From Gammaproteobacteria bacterium (lineage in GTDB: Bacteria > Pseudomonadota > Gammaproteobacteria > CAMYNG01), in NCBI GenBank assembly GCA_011051615.1, contig DRKU01000109.1, forward strand, positions 13,324 through 77,323: DNA of 64,000 nt, given 5' to 3'. Under the pieces are notes generated by a model that saw only the letters and a program-made list of their open reading frames with translations, made no database searches and was not told the origin of the DNA. The stretch's first letter is position 1, and every line of letters begins with the position of its first letter. The position numbers were made by a program, and so were the translations under genes. Positions 21,523-31,120 of this stretch are shown one piece after another.

Positions 21523-22068
21523 ATGTCTGAACACACTGCGACGAATTACCTGGTGATCTCGGCCATCGGCCCGGATCGGGCCGGGCTGGTTACCGAACTG
21601 TCCGATATCGTGCTGGCCAACGACTGCAACATCGAGGACAGTCGCATGTCGGTGCTGGGTGGTGAATTTGCCCTCATCATGCTAGCCAGTGGCCGCTGGA
21701 ACAGTATCGCCAAGCTGGAGGACAGCCTGCCAACCATGCAGGAACGGCTGGGGCTGACGATTCATACACGCCGCACCGAGGCACGTGACGATACCGTCAA
21801 CGCGATCCCCTACAGTGTCGAGGTCATCGCCCTCGACCACCCCGGTATCGTCAATCAGCTGGCCGGCTTCTTCTCCAGCCGTGGTATCAATATCCATGAT
21901 CTCTACACCGGCAGTTACCGCGCCGCGCACACCGGTACACAGATGTTCTCCCTCAACATGACCGTTGAAGTACCGGCGGACACGCACATCGCCAGCCTGC
22001 GTGAGCAGTTCATGGATTTCTGCGATCAACTGAATCTTGACGCCATCATTGAACCGGTCAAGGTCTGA
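21523..22068 (+). CDS. gcvR: Glycine cleavage system transcriptional repressor (tandem ACT domains)
   Basis: 181 aa. ISAIGPDRAGLVTELSDIVLANDCNIEDSRMSVLGGEFALIML, then a second ACT-like repeat (VEVIALDHPGIVNQLAGFFSSRGINIHDL). Conserved position between dapA and bcp. Confidence 0.8.
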   Translation: MSEHTATNYLVISAIGPDRAGLVTELSDIVLANDCNIEDSRMSVLGGEFALIMLASGRWNSIAKLEDSLPTMQERLGLTIHTRRTEARDDTVNAIPYSVEVIALDHPGIVNQLAGFFSSRGINIHDLYTGSYRAAHTGTQMFSLNMTVEVPADTHIASLREQFMDFCDQLNLDAIIEPVKV

Positions 22069-22090
22069 GACCGGAGGAGAAAACGATCCC

Positions 22091-22579
22091 ATGAAACAGG
22101 CCAAAGTCGGCAACAAGGTCCCGGCCTTCAGTGTTCCCGCCACCGGCGAAAAGACGATCCGTATGAAGGATCTTCACGGTAGCAACGTGGTGCTGTATTT
22201 CTATCCAAAAGACAACACGCCCGGTTGTACCACCGAGGGGCGGGACTTTCGTGATCAGCATGCCAAATTCAGGCGCCAGAACACCATTGTCCTCGGTGTC
22301 TCGCGCGACAGCCTGAAGTCGCACGAGAACTTCAGAGCCAAACACGGGTTTCCCTTCGATCTGATCGCAGACGAGGAGGAAAAACTCTGCCAGATGTTCG
22401 ATGTCATCAAGATGAAGAACATGTACGGCAAGAAGGTGCGCGGTATCGAGCGCTCTACCTTTCTCATCGACAGCGAAGGCCGCCTGGTGAAAGAATGGCG
22501 CAAGGTCAGGGTCGCTGGCCATGTGGACGAAGTGCTCGAGGCCGTCAAACAACTCAACCGCACGGCAAAAAAGGGCTGA
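22091..22579 (+). CDS. bcp: Thioredoxin-dependent peroxiredoxin Bcp
   Basis: The ATG at 22091 is preceded by GGAGGAG (22074-22080). MKQAKVGNKVPAFSVPATG..., with the peroxidatic Cys motif FYPKDNTPGCTTE. The track ORF start at 22037 was rejected. Confidence 0.9.
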   Translation: MKQAKVGNKVPAFSVPATGEKTIRMKDLHGSNVVLYFYPKDNTPGCTTEGRDFRDQHAKFRRQNTIVLGVSRDSLKSHENFRAKHGFPFDLIADEEEKLCQMFDVIKMKNMYGKKVRGIERSTFLIDSEGRLVKEWRKVRVAGHVDEVLEAVKQLNRTAKKG

Positions 22580-22615
22580 ACGCCTGTTTGCCGTGCTACC
22601 TGGAAACTGCTACTG

Positions 22616-24037
22616 GTGAATCCTCAATCCAACCGCCTGTTCGTTCTCGACACCAATGTCCTGATGCATGACCCGACGGCGCTGTTCCGTTTCAAGGAGC
22701 ACGATGTCTTCCTGCCCATGATCGTCCTCGAGGAACTGGACAATCACAAGAAAGGGCCCTCGGAAGTAGCACGCAATGCACGCCAGACCAGCCGTTTTCT
22801 CGATGAACTGATGAGCCATGCGTCCGTGGAAGACATTTCCGCGGGCCTGGTCCTCAACCCCCTGCTCGCCAATGGCGCGAGCCGTGAGGGAGAAGACGAC
22901 ACGCCACCGGGACGCCTGTTCTTCCAGACCGAAACCCTCGTCAACCACCTGCCCGAAACCCTGCCCGGTAACCAGCCGGACAACGATATTCTCGGTACCT
23001 GCCTGGCCCTCAAGGAACAGTATCCGACCGTGCGCGTGACGCTGGTCTCCAAGGACATCAACCTGCGCATCAAGGCCGCCATCGTCGGCCTGCACGCGGA
23101 AGACTATTACAACGACCAGGTACTGGAAGACGTCAACCTGCTGTTCAGGGGTTACCAGGAACTGGACGCAGCCTTCTGGACGGAGCATGCCGAGAATATG
23201 GAATCCTGGCGCGAAGATGACCATACCTGTTACCGCCTCAGCGGGGCCGATATCGGTGAGTGGACGCCGGGTGAATTTCTCTACCACGACGATGGCGAGC
23301 GGCGCTTCGAGGCAATCGTCAAACGCGTCGAGGATGGCAGTGCCGTGTTGCAGACAGTCACTGATCACCGCAGTGACATGCATACCGTATGGGGCATCAG
23401 GGCGCGCAACCGCGAACAGAACTTCGCCCTCAACCTGCTCATGGACCCGGAGATCGACTTCGTTTCCCTGCTCGGCCAGGCCGGCACCGGCAAGACACTC
23501 CTGACCCTCGCCGCGGGTCTCGAACAGACGCTGGAGAAAAAAATCTACCGTGAGATCATCATGACCCGCGTCACCGTACCGGTGGCCGAGGACATCGGCT
23601 ACCTGCCCGGCACGGAGGAAGAAAAGATGGCACCATGGATGGGAGCCCTGATGGACAATCTGGAAGTCCTGACGCACAACGAACAGCCCGGTGACTGGGC
23701 GCGTGCCGCCACCAATGATCTGCTCAGTCAGCGCATCAAGATCCGCTCGGTCAATTTCATGCGTGGACGCACCTTCCTCAATCGCTTCATCATTATCGAC
23801 GAGGCACAGAACCTGACCTCCAAGCAGCTCAAGACCCTCATCACCCGTGCCGGCCCCGGTACCAAGGTCGTCTGCCTCGGCAACGTTGCACAGATCGACA
23901 CCCCCTACCTGACCGAAACCACCTCGGGACTCACCTACGTCGTGGATCGTTTTCGCAAATGGCCCCACAGCGGCCACGTCACCCTGCTGCGTGGTGAACG
24001 CTCGCGGCTGGCGGACCACGCATCGGATGTATTGTAG
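22616..24037 (+). CDS. PhoH-family ATPase with an N-terminal PIN-like domain (YlaK-like)
   Basis: 473 aa with a GTG start. PIN-like LFVLDTNVLMHDP...MIVLEELD, Walker A LLGQAGTGKTLL, and a PhoH C-terminal block (IIIDEAQNLT...VCLGNVAQID). Confidence 0.85.
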   Translation: MNPQSNRLFVLDTNVLMHDPTALFRFKEHDVFLPMIVLEELDNHKKGPSEVARNARQTSRFLDELMSHASVEDISAGLVLNPLLANGASREGEDDTPPGRLFFQTETLVNHLPETLPGNQPDNDILGTCLALKEQYPTVRVTLVSKDINLRIKAAIVGLHAEDYYNDQVLEDVNLLFRGYQELDAAFWTEHAENMESWREDDHTCYRLSGADIGEWTPGEFLYHDDGERRFEAIVKRVEDGSAVLQTVTDHRSDMHTVWGIRARNREQNFALNLLMDPEIDFVSLLGQAGTGKTLLTLAAGLEQTLEKKIYREIIMTRVTVPVAEDIGYLPGTEEEKMAPWMGALMDNLEVLTHNEQPGDWARAATNDLLSQRIKIRSVNFMRGRTFLNRFIIIDEAQNLTSKQLKTLITRAGPGTKVVCLGNVAQIDTPYLTETTSGLTYVVDRFRKWPHSGHVTLLRGERSRLADHASDVL

Positions 24038-24173
24038 GGGGGCTCTGCCTTCCCGGCGGGGGTATCCTTATCTGACTTTTTGTTAAGAATATTTCTCACT
24101 CGCACGGCAGGGGAGAAGCTCGAAAAGAAGATACCTCAGCACCGGGACGACAGGAAAAAACCTTTGCCGGGAC

Positions 24174-25253
24174 TCAGCTCGCCCGCGTCTCCCCCGCGGC
24201 CTCCTCCACCGGCGTGCGTGGCCAGGCGCGCAGGATGGCATTGACCAGTGTCGCCAGGGGTATGGCGAAGAACACACCCCAGAAACCCCACAGACCACCG
24301 AAGACGAGGATGGCGATGATGATGGCCACCGGGTGCAGGTTGACCACCTCGGAGAACAGCAACGGAACCAGGGCATTGCCGTCGAGCGCCTGAATGACGA
24401 AGTAGACACCCATCAACCAGGCGAACTCGCTGCTCCAGCCCCACTGGAAGTAGGCTACCACCGCTACCGGGATGGTGACCACCGCCGCACCGATGTAGGG
24501 TACGATCACCGACAGGCCGACGAGTACCGCAAGCAGGATGGTGTACTTGAGGCCGAGCACTCCAAAGGCAACAAAGCAGGCGATGCCGACGATGAGCACC
24601 TCCCAGGCCTTGCCACGCACATAGTTGCCCATCTGCTGGTCCACTTCGTGCCACACCTCGGAGGGCAGGCTGCGATCGCGAGGCAGAAAACCCGACAACC
24701 AGCCAAGCAGCAGCGTTTTGTCCTTGAGAAAGAAAAACACCAGCAAGGGCACCAGAAACAGATAGACCACCACGGTTATGATGCCCGGCAGAGAGGTCAA
24801 CGACAGGGTGACGATGCGCTGTCCCATCTCGGCCACTTCCCGCTTGATGAGACCCATGAATTCAGCCACCTGTTCACTGCTGATGAAACTGTACTGCTGT
24901 GGCAGTTCCATGAGGGTCTCCTGCCAGCGTGCCAGGTAGACGGGCAGTTCACCAAAGAACTCCGAGACCTGTACCGACAACAGGGGGATGACGCCAAATA
25001 GCAGGAAGACAATGAATGAAATGAACAGCAGGAAGGTCAGTAACACCGCGTTGAAACGTCGCGTCCCGCGACGTTCGAGGAACCGTACAACACCTTCGAG
25101 CAGGTAGGCGATGATCAGCGCGGCAATGGCCGGTGCCAGCATGCGCCCCATGGTGAGCACGATGGTAAACCCCACCACCAGCAGAATGGCGAGCAACACC
25201 GCCTGGGGATGGGTAAAGTAACGCCGGTACCAGCGCGACAGGGTCTCGATCAT
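24174..25253 (-). CDS. AI-2E family transporter (PerM-like permease)
   Basis: 359 aa, a polytopic membrane protein. The N-terminus is MIETLSRWYRRYFTHPQAVLLAILLVVGF, and VPYIGAAVVTIPVAVVAYFQ is a typical AI-2E/UPF0118 block. Confidence 0.8.
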   Translation of the reverse strand: MIETLSRWYRRYFTHPQAVLLAILLVVGFTIVLTMGRMLAPAIAALIIAYLLEGVVRFLERRGTRRFNAVLLTFLLFISFIVFLLFGVIPLLSVQVSEFFGELPVYLARWQETLMELPQQYSFISSEQVAEFMGLIKREVAEMGQRIVTLSLTSLPGIITVVVYLFLVPLLVFFFLKDKTLLLGWLSGFLPRDRSLPSEVWHEVDQQMGNYVRGKAWEVLIVGIACFVAFGVLGLKYTILLAVLVGLSVIVPYIGAAVVTIPVAVVAYFQWGWSSEFAWLMGVYFVIQALDGNALVPLLFSEVVNLHPVAIIIAILVFGGLWGFWGVFFAIPLATLVNAILRAWPRTPVEEAAGETRAS

Positions 25254-25600
25254 TGCCCGCTGTCTTCCCGGTAGTCCGCGTACTTCCTTGCAAAGATATC
25301 TTCGAGCTCGGCGATCACATCAGGGGCCTCGCGCCCCTGCATGACATGTTGGGCCATCAGTGAAGATATCTCGTGCAACATCTTTCCCCTGTCCAGCATC
25401 CTGTAGGTAGCAGAAAGCCGCTTGATGGCGGCAACGACGGTTTCATTATCCGGTGCGGGCTGATGTTCAGGTTCACTCACATCCGGCGTGCGGGCCTCGT
25501 GGCGAGAAGCAAGAAACTCGGCAAACTCGAGCAAGGTACGCCGCTCGTCATCACGCAGCCCGCGGTAACACTCCAGCAGTTTCTTTTCCGAGGTCTTCAT
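25250..25600 (-). CDS. Hypothetical small soluble protein (116 aa)
   Basis: ORF whose stop overlaps the transporter start (ATGA at 25250-25253). Its composition is balanced and protein-like (MKTSEKKLLECYRGLRDDERRTLLEFAEFLASRHE...). I recognise no motif. Confidence 0.6.
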   Translation of the reverse strand: MKTSEKKLLECYRGLRDDERRTLLEFAEFLASRHEARTPDVSEPEHQPAPDNETVVAAIKRLSATYRMLDRGKMLHEISSLMAQHVMQGREAPDVIAELEDIFARKYADYREDSGQ

Positions 25601-25632
25601 TGTCGCTCATCGCCGCTACGGGCACATCATGA

Positions 25633-26544
25633 TCAGAGCTGATCGTCCTGGTGCTCGACGCAATAGTTGCGCGCGAAACTGAGCAGCTCATCCATGGCGC
25701 GCGCCTTGAACTTCTGTTTCTGGTGGACGAAGGAGAAAGGGCGTGTGATGGGCGGGTCGATATTGATCGCCACCAGCGTGCCGAGCTTGAGTTCCTTGCT
25801 GAGCGTGGCACGCGACAGTACCGAGACCCCCATACCCGCCTCCACGGCGCGCTTGATGGCTTCGAGACTGCCCAGTTCCATGGAGACGTTGAGCATGCTG
25901 GTGTTGAGCCCGGCATCGACCATATGCTCGATCATCACCTCTCGCGTACCCGAACCCTCTTCGCGGCAGATGAAGGGATATTCCATGAAACCGTCCATGC
26001 TGATGGTCTGATGGCCCGCAAGCGGGTGATTGGGTGGCACGATGAGTACCATCTGATCGGTACGGCATTCCTCCACTACCAGGTTCTTGTTGTTGACCGG
26101 GGCTTCCACTACACCGAGATCGATGGTGTTGTTTTCCACCTGCGAAACGATGCCGTCGGTATTGGCCACCTTGAGGCGAATGGTCACATCCGGATACTTT
26201 TCCTTAAAGTCACCCAGCAGTTGCGGCAACATGTACTCGGCGATGGTGGTACTGGCGCCGAGCACCAGCACACCACTGATGTCGCCGGTGATCTCTCGCA
26301 CCGAGTTTTCCATTTCGCTGTAGAGCTGGAAAATACTGGCGGCATAGCCATAGACACGCTCACCGGCCTCGGTCAGGCTGATGCGGTTGTGGGTACGGTC
26401 GAACAGGCGGGTATTGAAGTATTCCTCCAGCTGGCGGACCTGAAAGGTCACCGCCGGCTGGGTCATGTGGAGTTCTTCAGCCGCCTTGGTGAAGCTCAGC
26501 AGGCGGGCGACCGTGTGGAATACCTGTAGTCTTCGATCAGCCAT
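25633..26544 (-). CDS. LysR-family transcriptional regulator
   Basis: 303 aa. N-terminal wHTH LQVFHTVARLLSFTKAAEELHMTQPAVTFQVRQLEEYF, followed by a LysR substrate-binding-like C-terminus. Confidence 0.88.
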   Translation of the reverse strand: MADRRLQVFHTVARLLSFTKAAEELHMTQPAVTFQVRQLEEYFNTRLFDRTHNRISLTEAGERVYGYAASIFQLYSEMENSVREITGDISGVLVLGASTTIAEYMLPQLLGDFKEKYPDVTIRLKVANTDGIVSQVENNTIDLGVVEAPVNNKNLVVEECRTDQMVLIVPPNHPLAGHQTISMDGFMEYPFICREEGSGTREVMIEHMVDAGLNTSMLNVSMELGSLEAIKRAVEAGMGVSVLSRATLSKELKLGTLVAINIDPPITRPFSFVHQKQKFKARAMDELLSFARNYCVEHQDDQL

Positions 26545-26735
26545 TGTGCCCCGGGCAGAATCAATAATCTGCGTCTATATGTGCATTGAAAAACTTGAGG
26601 ATGGGCATGGTATCAAGGATCGCCGGTAACGTGAACCGGCACGGGCCGCCACAGACGGTCAGGGCGGCAATATTCGCCCCCTGCCCGCCCCCGTATCGGG
26701 ACCCGCCGGCAGGGGCTGTCACCGCGTGACCGGTC

Positions 26736-29700
26736 TCAGGCCGCCGGCTCCGCCCCACCGCCCGCCGGACCCGCCTGGCGCCGGTAGTTGAAGGCATAGT
26801 ACATCACCGGGATCACCACCAGGGTCAGCAGGGTGGAGACGAGGATACCAAAGATCAGGGCCACGGCCAGTCCGCTGAAGATCGGGTCGTCGAGGATGAA
26901 GAAAGCCCCCAGCATGGCGGCCAGGCCGGTGAGCACGATGGGCTTGGTGCGCACCGCCCCCGAACGCAGCACTGCCTCCTCGAAACTCAGCCCGCGCGCA
27001 CGTTCCTGGTTGATGAAGTCCACCAGCAGGATGGAGTTGCGCACGATGATGCCGGCCAGGGCGATCATGCCGATCATGGACGTGGCGGTGAACTGCTTGT
27101 CCAGCAGGGCATGGCCGGGCATGACGCCGATGATGGTCAGCGGAATGGGGGCCATGATCACCAGCGGCGTAATATAGGAGCGGAACTGTCCCACCACCAG
27201 CAGGTAGATCAGGATCAGGCCCACCGAGTAGGCGATGCCCATGTCACGGAAGGTCTCGTAGGTGATCTGCCACTCGCCGTCCCACTTGAGGGAGAAGTGA
27301 TAGGGATGGGCCGGTTGGTCGATAAGGTACTGCGGCAAAACCCGGCCCGCTTCGTCCAGCCCGCGGGCGATACTGGCATAGATACCAAACATGCCGTACA
27401 GAGGACTGTCGGTCTCACCGGCAACATCACCGGTGACATATACCACGGGCAACAGGTCCTTGTGGTAGATGGCCTGCTCGCGTTCGAGCTGCCGCAGCGT
27501 CACCAGTTCACCCAGGTTCACCAGCCGTCCCTCGCGGTTGCGCAGACGAATATCCAGCAGGCTCTCCATACGCCCGAGCCGCTCTGGCGCCAGTTGCAGG
27601 CGCACGGGGATGGGGTACTTGGCATGGTCATCGTGCAGGTAACTCACGTCCTCACCGTCCATGGCGGCGGCCAGTGTAGCCACCACGGTCTGCTGGGCGA
27701 CGCCATGCTGTGCGGCACGATCGCGATCCACCGCCAGGACCATACGCGGTGTACTGGCCACACTGCTGTCGTCCACGTCCACCACCTCGGGCACACCGCG
27801 GAAATGCGCCATTACCTGACGCGCCACGGCCTGCTGGCCTGCGTAGTCGAGACCGTAGATCTCGGCCACCAGCGGTGACTGCACCGGCGGACCCGGCGGC
27901 ACTTCCACCACCTTGACGATGGCGCCATGACGTCGCCCCACTTCGGTCAGCGAGGCGCGCAGGGAGGCGGCGATCTCGTGGCTCTGGCGATCGCGCGCCT
28001 TCTTGTCGACGAGGTTGACCTGGATGTCCCCCAGGTGACCCTGCTGGCGCAGGTAATACTGGCGCACGAGACCGTTGAAATTGATCGGCGCCGCGGTACC
28101 GGCATAGACCTGGTAATCGGAGACCTCGGGCACCTTGCGGATCACCGCCGCCAGTTCGGTCAACACGCGTGCCGTGTGTTCCACCGGCGTCCCCTCGGGC
28201 ATGTCGACGATGACCTGGAACTCCGACTTGTTGTCGAACGGCAGCATCTTCAGCACCACCGATTTGGTCAGCACCAGAGACACCGACAGGACCATCAGCA
28301 CGACGATACCGCCCACCAGCCACCAACGTCGCTTACGGCCCTGCCGTGGATCGATGAACGGCCCCACCAGACGCTGGAATACCCGGTACAGGCGTGGATT
28401 GATATCCTCGCTACCATCGTGCCCGGCCGTTGCGTGCGCAGCATGGCCCAGCATCCGGTTGGACAGCCACGGTGTTACCACGAAGGCCACCAGCAGAGAG
28501 ATGATCATGCCAATGCTGGCATTGATGGGAATGGGACTCATGTAGGGACCCATGAGACCGGTAACGAAGGCCATCGGTAACAGGGCGGCGATCACCGTCA
28601 GCGTGGCGAGGATCGTCGGCCCACCGACTTCGTCCACCGCCAGAGGAATGGCCTCCACCAGGCGCCGCTTGCCCATGGCCAGGTGGCGGTGGATGTTCTC
28701 CACCACGACGATGGCGTCATCGACAAGGATACCGATGGAGAAGATCAACGCGAACAGGGACACGCGATTGAGGGTAAACCCCCAGGCCCATGAGGCAAAC
28801 AGGGTGATGGCCAGCGTCACGACCACCGCGAAACCGACGATGATGGACTCGCGCCAGCCCAGCGCCAGCAGCACCAGCAGTACCACCGAGGCGGTCGCAA
28901 AGATCAGTTTGGAGATCAGCTTGCGCGCCTTGGCGTCGGCGGTGGCGCCATAGTTACGCGTAATGGTGACGTTGACGCCGTCGGGAATGAACACGCCGCG
29001 CAGGGTCTCCACGCGTGCGATGACCTGATCGGCGATATCCACGGCGTTGGTGCCCGGCTGCTTGGCGATGGCCACGGTCACGGCGGGATATTCATCCGTA
29101 CCCTCGATCCCCTTGCCCACACCGGCGGGACCGGTGCCGAGCCAGGTGTAACTGTGCGGCTGATCGGCGCCGAGACTCACTTCGGCAACATCTTCCAGAT
29201 ATACCGGCCGACCGTCGTGCACGGCGATCACCAGCCGGCGGATTTCTTCGACGCGAGTGAGGAATTCCCCGGCCTGGATGAGCACTTCCTGATTGTCGTA
29301 CACCAGGCTGCCGACGCGGCGGCTGAAGTTGGTTGCCGCCAGGGCACTGCGAATGGCCTGCAGGTCCAGGCCGTAGCCGGCCAGTGCCGCCGGGTCGAAA
29401 CGTACCGCAACGATGCGGTCAGGGCCACCGATGGTGTAGATATCACGCGTGCCCTGCACGCGTTTGAGCTCGGCCTCGATGGCATGGGCCACGCGCTGCA
29501 GCTCATGGCTGCCACGTGTGCCATCGTCCGTCCACAGGGTCAGGCTGACGATGGGGACATCATCGATGCCCTTGGGTTTGATGATCGGCTGGCCCACGTT
29601 GACACCGGGATGCAACCAGTCACGGTTGGAATAGAGGGCGTTGTACAGGCGCACGATGGCCTGGGTGCGGTCCTCACCGACGCGAAAGCGCACGGTAAGG

Positions 29701-29978
29701 ATACTCTGTCCCGGCAGGGAAACAGAGTAGATATGCTTGATGCCTTCCAGTTCCGCCAGTACCTGCTCAGCGGGTGTGGTCACCAGATGTTCCACCTCGC
29801 TGGCCGATGCACCCGGATACGGAATGAAGACATTGGCAAAGGTCACGTTGATCTGCGGCTCTTCCTCGCGCGGTGTCACCAGTACGGCGAACAGGCCCAG
29901 CAGCAGGCCGGCCAGCGCCAGCAGGGGTGTGATCTCGGATTGCAGAAAGAGTCGCGCGATACGCCCGGAGATCCCCAT
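26736..29978 (-). CDS. RND efflux transporter permease (AcrB/AcrD/AcrF family)
   Basis: 1080 aa with the 12-TM/two-large-loop architecture. The N-terminus is ...IARLFLQSEITPLLALAGLLLGLFAVLVTPREEEPQI, and FSIGILVDDAIVVVENI is the conserved TM4 block. Starts 6 nt after the MFP gene. Confidence 0.9.
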   Translation of the reverse strand: MGISGRIARLFLQSEITPLLALAGLLLGLFAVLVTPREEEPQINVTFANVFIPYPGASASEVEHLVTTPAEQVLAELEGIKHIYSVSLPGQSILTVRFRVGEDRTQAIVRLYNALYSNRDWLHPGVNVGQPIIKPKGIDDVPIVSLTLWTDDGTRGSHELQRVAHAIEAELKRVQGTRDIYTIGGPDRIVAVRFDPAALAGYGLDLQAIRSALAATNFSRRVGSLVYDNQEVLIQAGEFLTRVEEIRRLVIAVHDGRPVYLEDVAEVSLGADQPHSYTWLGTGPAGVGKGIEGTDEYPAVTVAIAKQPGTNAVDIADQVIARVETLRGVFIPDGVNVTITRNYGATADAKARKLISKLIFATASVVLLVLLALGWRESIIVGFAVVVTLAITLFASWAWGFTLNRVSLFALIFSIGILVDDAIVVVENIHRHLAMGKRRLVEAIPLAVDEVGGPTILATLTVIAALLPMAFVTGLMGPYMSPIPINASIGMIISLLVAFVVTPWLSNRMLGHAAHATAGHDGSEDINPRLYRVFQRLVGPFIDPRQGRKRRWWLVGGIVVLMVLSVSLVLTKSVVLKMLPFDNKSEFQVIVDMPEGTPVEHTARVLTELAAVIRKVPEVSDYQVYAGTAAPINFNGLVRQYYLRQQGHLGDIQVNLVDKKARDRQSHEIAASLRASLTEVGRRHGAIVKVVEVPPGPPVQSPLVAEIYGLDYAGQQAVARQVMAHFRGVPEVVDVDDSSVASTPRMVLAVDRDRAAQHGVAQQTVVATLAAAMDGEDVSYLHDDHAKYPIPVRLQLAPERLGRMESLLDIRLRNREGRLVNLGELVTLRQLEREQAIYHKDLLPVVYVTGDVAGETDSPLYGMFGIYASIARGLDEAGRVLPQYLIDQPAHPYHFSLKWDGEWQITYETFRDMGIAYSVGLILIYLLVVGQFRSYITPLVIMAPIPLTIIGVMPGHALLDKQFTATSMIGMIALAGIIVRNSILLVDFINQERARGLSFEEAVLRSGAVRTKPIVLTGLAAMLGAFFILDDPIFSGLAVALIFGILVSTLLTLVVIPVMYYAFNYRRQAGPAGGGAEPAA

Positions 29979-29984
29979 GACGCC

Positions 29985-31016
29985 TTACTCCCCCTCGCCG
30001 ACCGTGGCGACCATGCCATCCTTGATGCGCACCGCGGCGGTCACCGGGTCCAGCACCACCTGCTCACCTTCTTCCACACCGGCAAGGATCTCGATGCGTC
30101 CCTCGGGCAGCAGGTTACCCACACGTACCTGGCGCATCACCAGGGTCTCGCCATTCTGCACATAGACGGCGGTAACTTCACTGCGCCGCGCCAGTGCCCC
30201 CAGCGGGATACTCAGACGCCGTTCGCTGCCAACGGCAAAGGCAATCTTGACCAGCATGCCGGGATAGATGCCGGGCACCGAGGCTGCGAGGCGGGCACGG
30301 ATTTCGAAAGTATGACTTTTGGGATCGGCGTAGGGAGAAATGACCAGTTTCTCAGCCGGTACAACGGAATCGGCCCCCAGGATCACGCGCGCCTTGCGCT
30401 GCTTGCGAATGGCGTTGATGAGGTTCTGCGGGATCTGCACCGTGGCGCGCAACTGTTCCAGCGACAGGCCTGTCATGAGGCGCTGCCCACGCTGTGCCGT
30501 CTCGCCCACTTCGATGTGGCGCTTTACCACGATGCCATTATAGGGGGCGCGCACGACGGTATTCTCCAGCGCCTCGCGGGCCTCATCGAGCGCGGCACGC
30601 GCGGCCTTGAGCCGGGCGGCAGCGCGATCGTAGGCGGCACGTGAGACGACTTTCTTTCGGTAGACTTCCTCGATGCGCTTGAATTCGGCCTCGGCCTCTT
30701 CGAAGTGTGCCTGGGCCGACTGCAGGCGGGCACGCTGCTCACGGTCACGGAAACGAATGAGGACATCGCCCTTGACCACGTAGTCATCCACGTCGAAGCG
30801 GATCTCCTCCACGCGGCCGCTGACCTGGGCCGAGACCGTGGCCTTGTTGATGGCCTCGATCTGGGCATCGAAAACGCGCTCACGCGTTACTTCCGTATAG
30901 GTCACCGCGGCGGTAGCCAGTGGCGCCGCTGCCTGTGCCGACACCAGCAGCGGGACAAGGAAAAGACAGCCGAACAGGACAGGCAACAGCAGTGGCCGTG
31001 CAACCGGGTTTCGCAT
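29985..31016 (-). CDS. RND efflux periplasmic adaptor (membrane fusion protein)
   Basis: 343 aa. Has a signal/anchor N-terminus, a lipoyl/hairpin pattern (VSAQVSGRVEEIRFDVDDYVVKGDVLIRF ... VVRAPYNGIVVKRH) and an AGGAGGA RBS upstream of the ATG at 31016. Confidence 0.88.
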   Translation of the reverse strand: MRNPVARPLLLPVLFGCLFLVPLLVSAQAAAPLATAAVTYTEVTRERVFDAQIEAINKATVSAQVSGRVEEIRFDVDDYVVKGDVLIRFRDREQRARLQSAQAHFEEAEAEFKRIEEVYRKKVVSRAAYDRAAARLKAARAALDEAREALENTVVRAPYNGIVVKRHIEVGETAQRGQRLMTGLSLEQLRATVQIPQNLINAIRKQRKARVILGADSVVPAEKLVISPYADPKSHTFEIRARLAASVPGIYPGMLVKIAFAVGSERRLSIPLGALARRSEVTAVYVQNGETLVMRQVRVGNLLPEGRIEILAGVEEGEQVVLDPVTAAVRIKDGMVATVGEGE

Positions 31017-31120
31017 TGCATCCTCCTTGTGAGCGGGCAGCGGGTGACGGGGCGCTACTATACCACCCCGCCCGGCGGGGTTCGAGACACCGTGCCAACC
31101 GGTGTCACAAGGGGAGAGAT

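Noticed and set aside
22610-24019. 469-aa minus-strand ORF nearly coextensive with the PhoH/PIN gene
   Set aside because: The plus-strand frame carries PIN, Walker A and PhoH motifs. The minus-strand product has no motifs and the Val/Gly/Asp/Gln-rich composition of an antisense frame.
26556-26571. CAGA-N8-TCTG inverted repeat upstream of the LysR gene (a possible LysR T-N11-A box)
   Set aside because: The arms are only 4 bp and the site sits 11 nt from the start codon, inside the likely RBS/5'-UTR. That is not distinguishable from chance.
29154-30644. 496-aa plus-strand ORF across the RND/MFP junction
   Set aside because: It spans two well-supported minus-strand genes and their 6-nt junction. 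It has antisense composition (His/Gly/Asp/Gln/Arg-rich) and no motifs.
31065-31103. GGTTCGAG-containing segment that briefly looked like a tRNA T-arm
   Set aside because: There is no complementary T-stem, acceptor stem or anticodon arm around it. The region is better explained as two small hairpins following the MCP stop codon.
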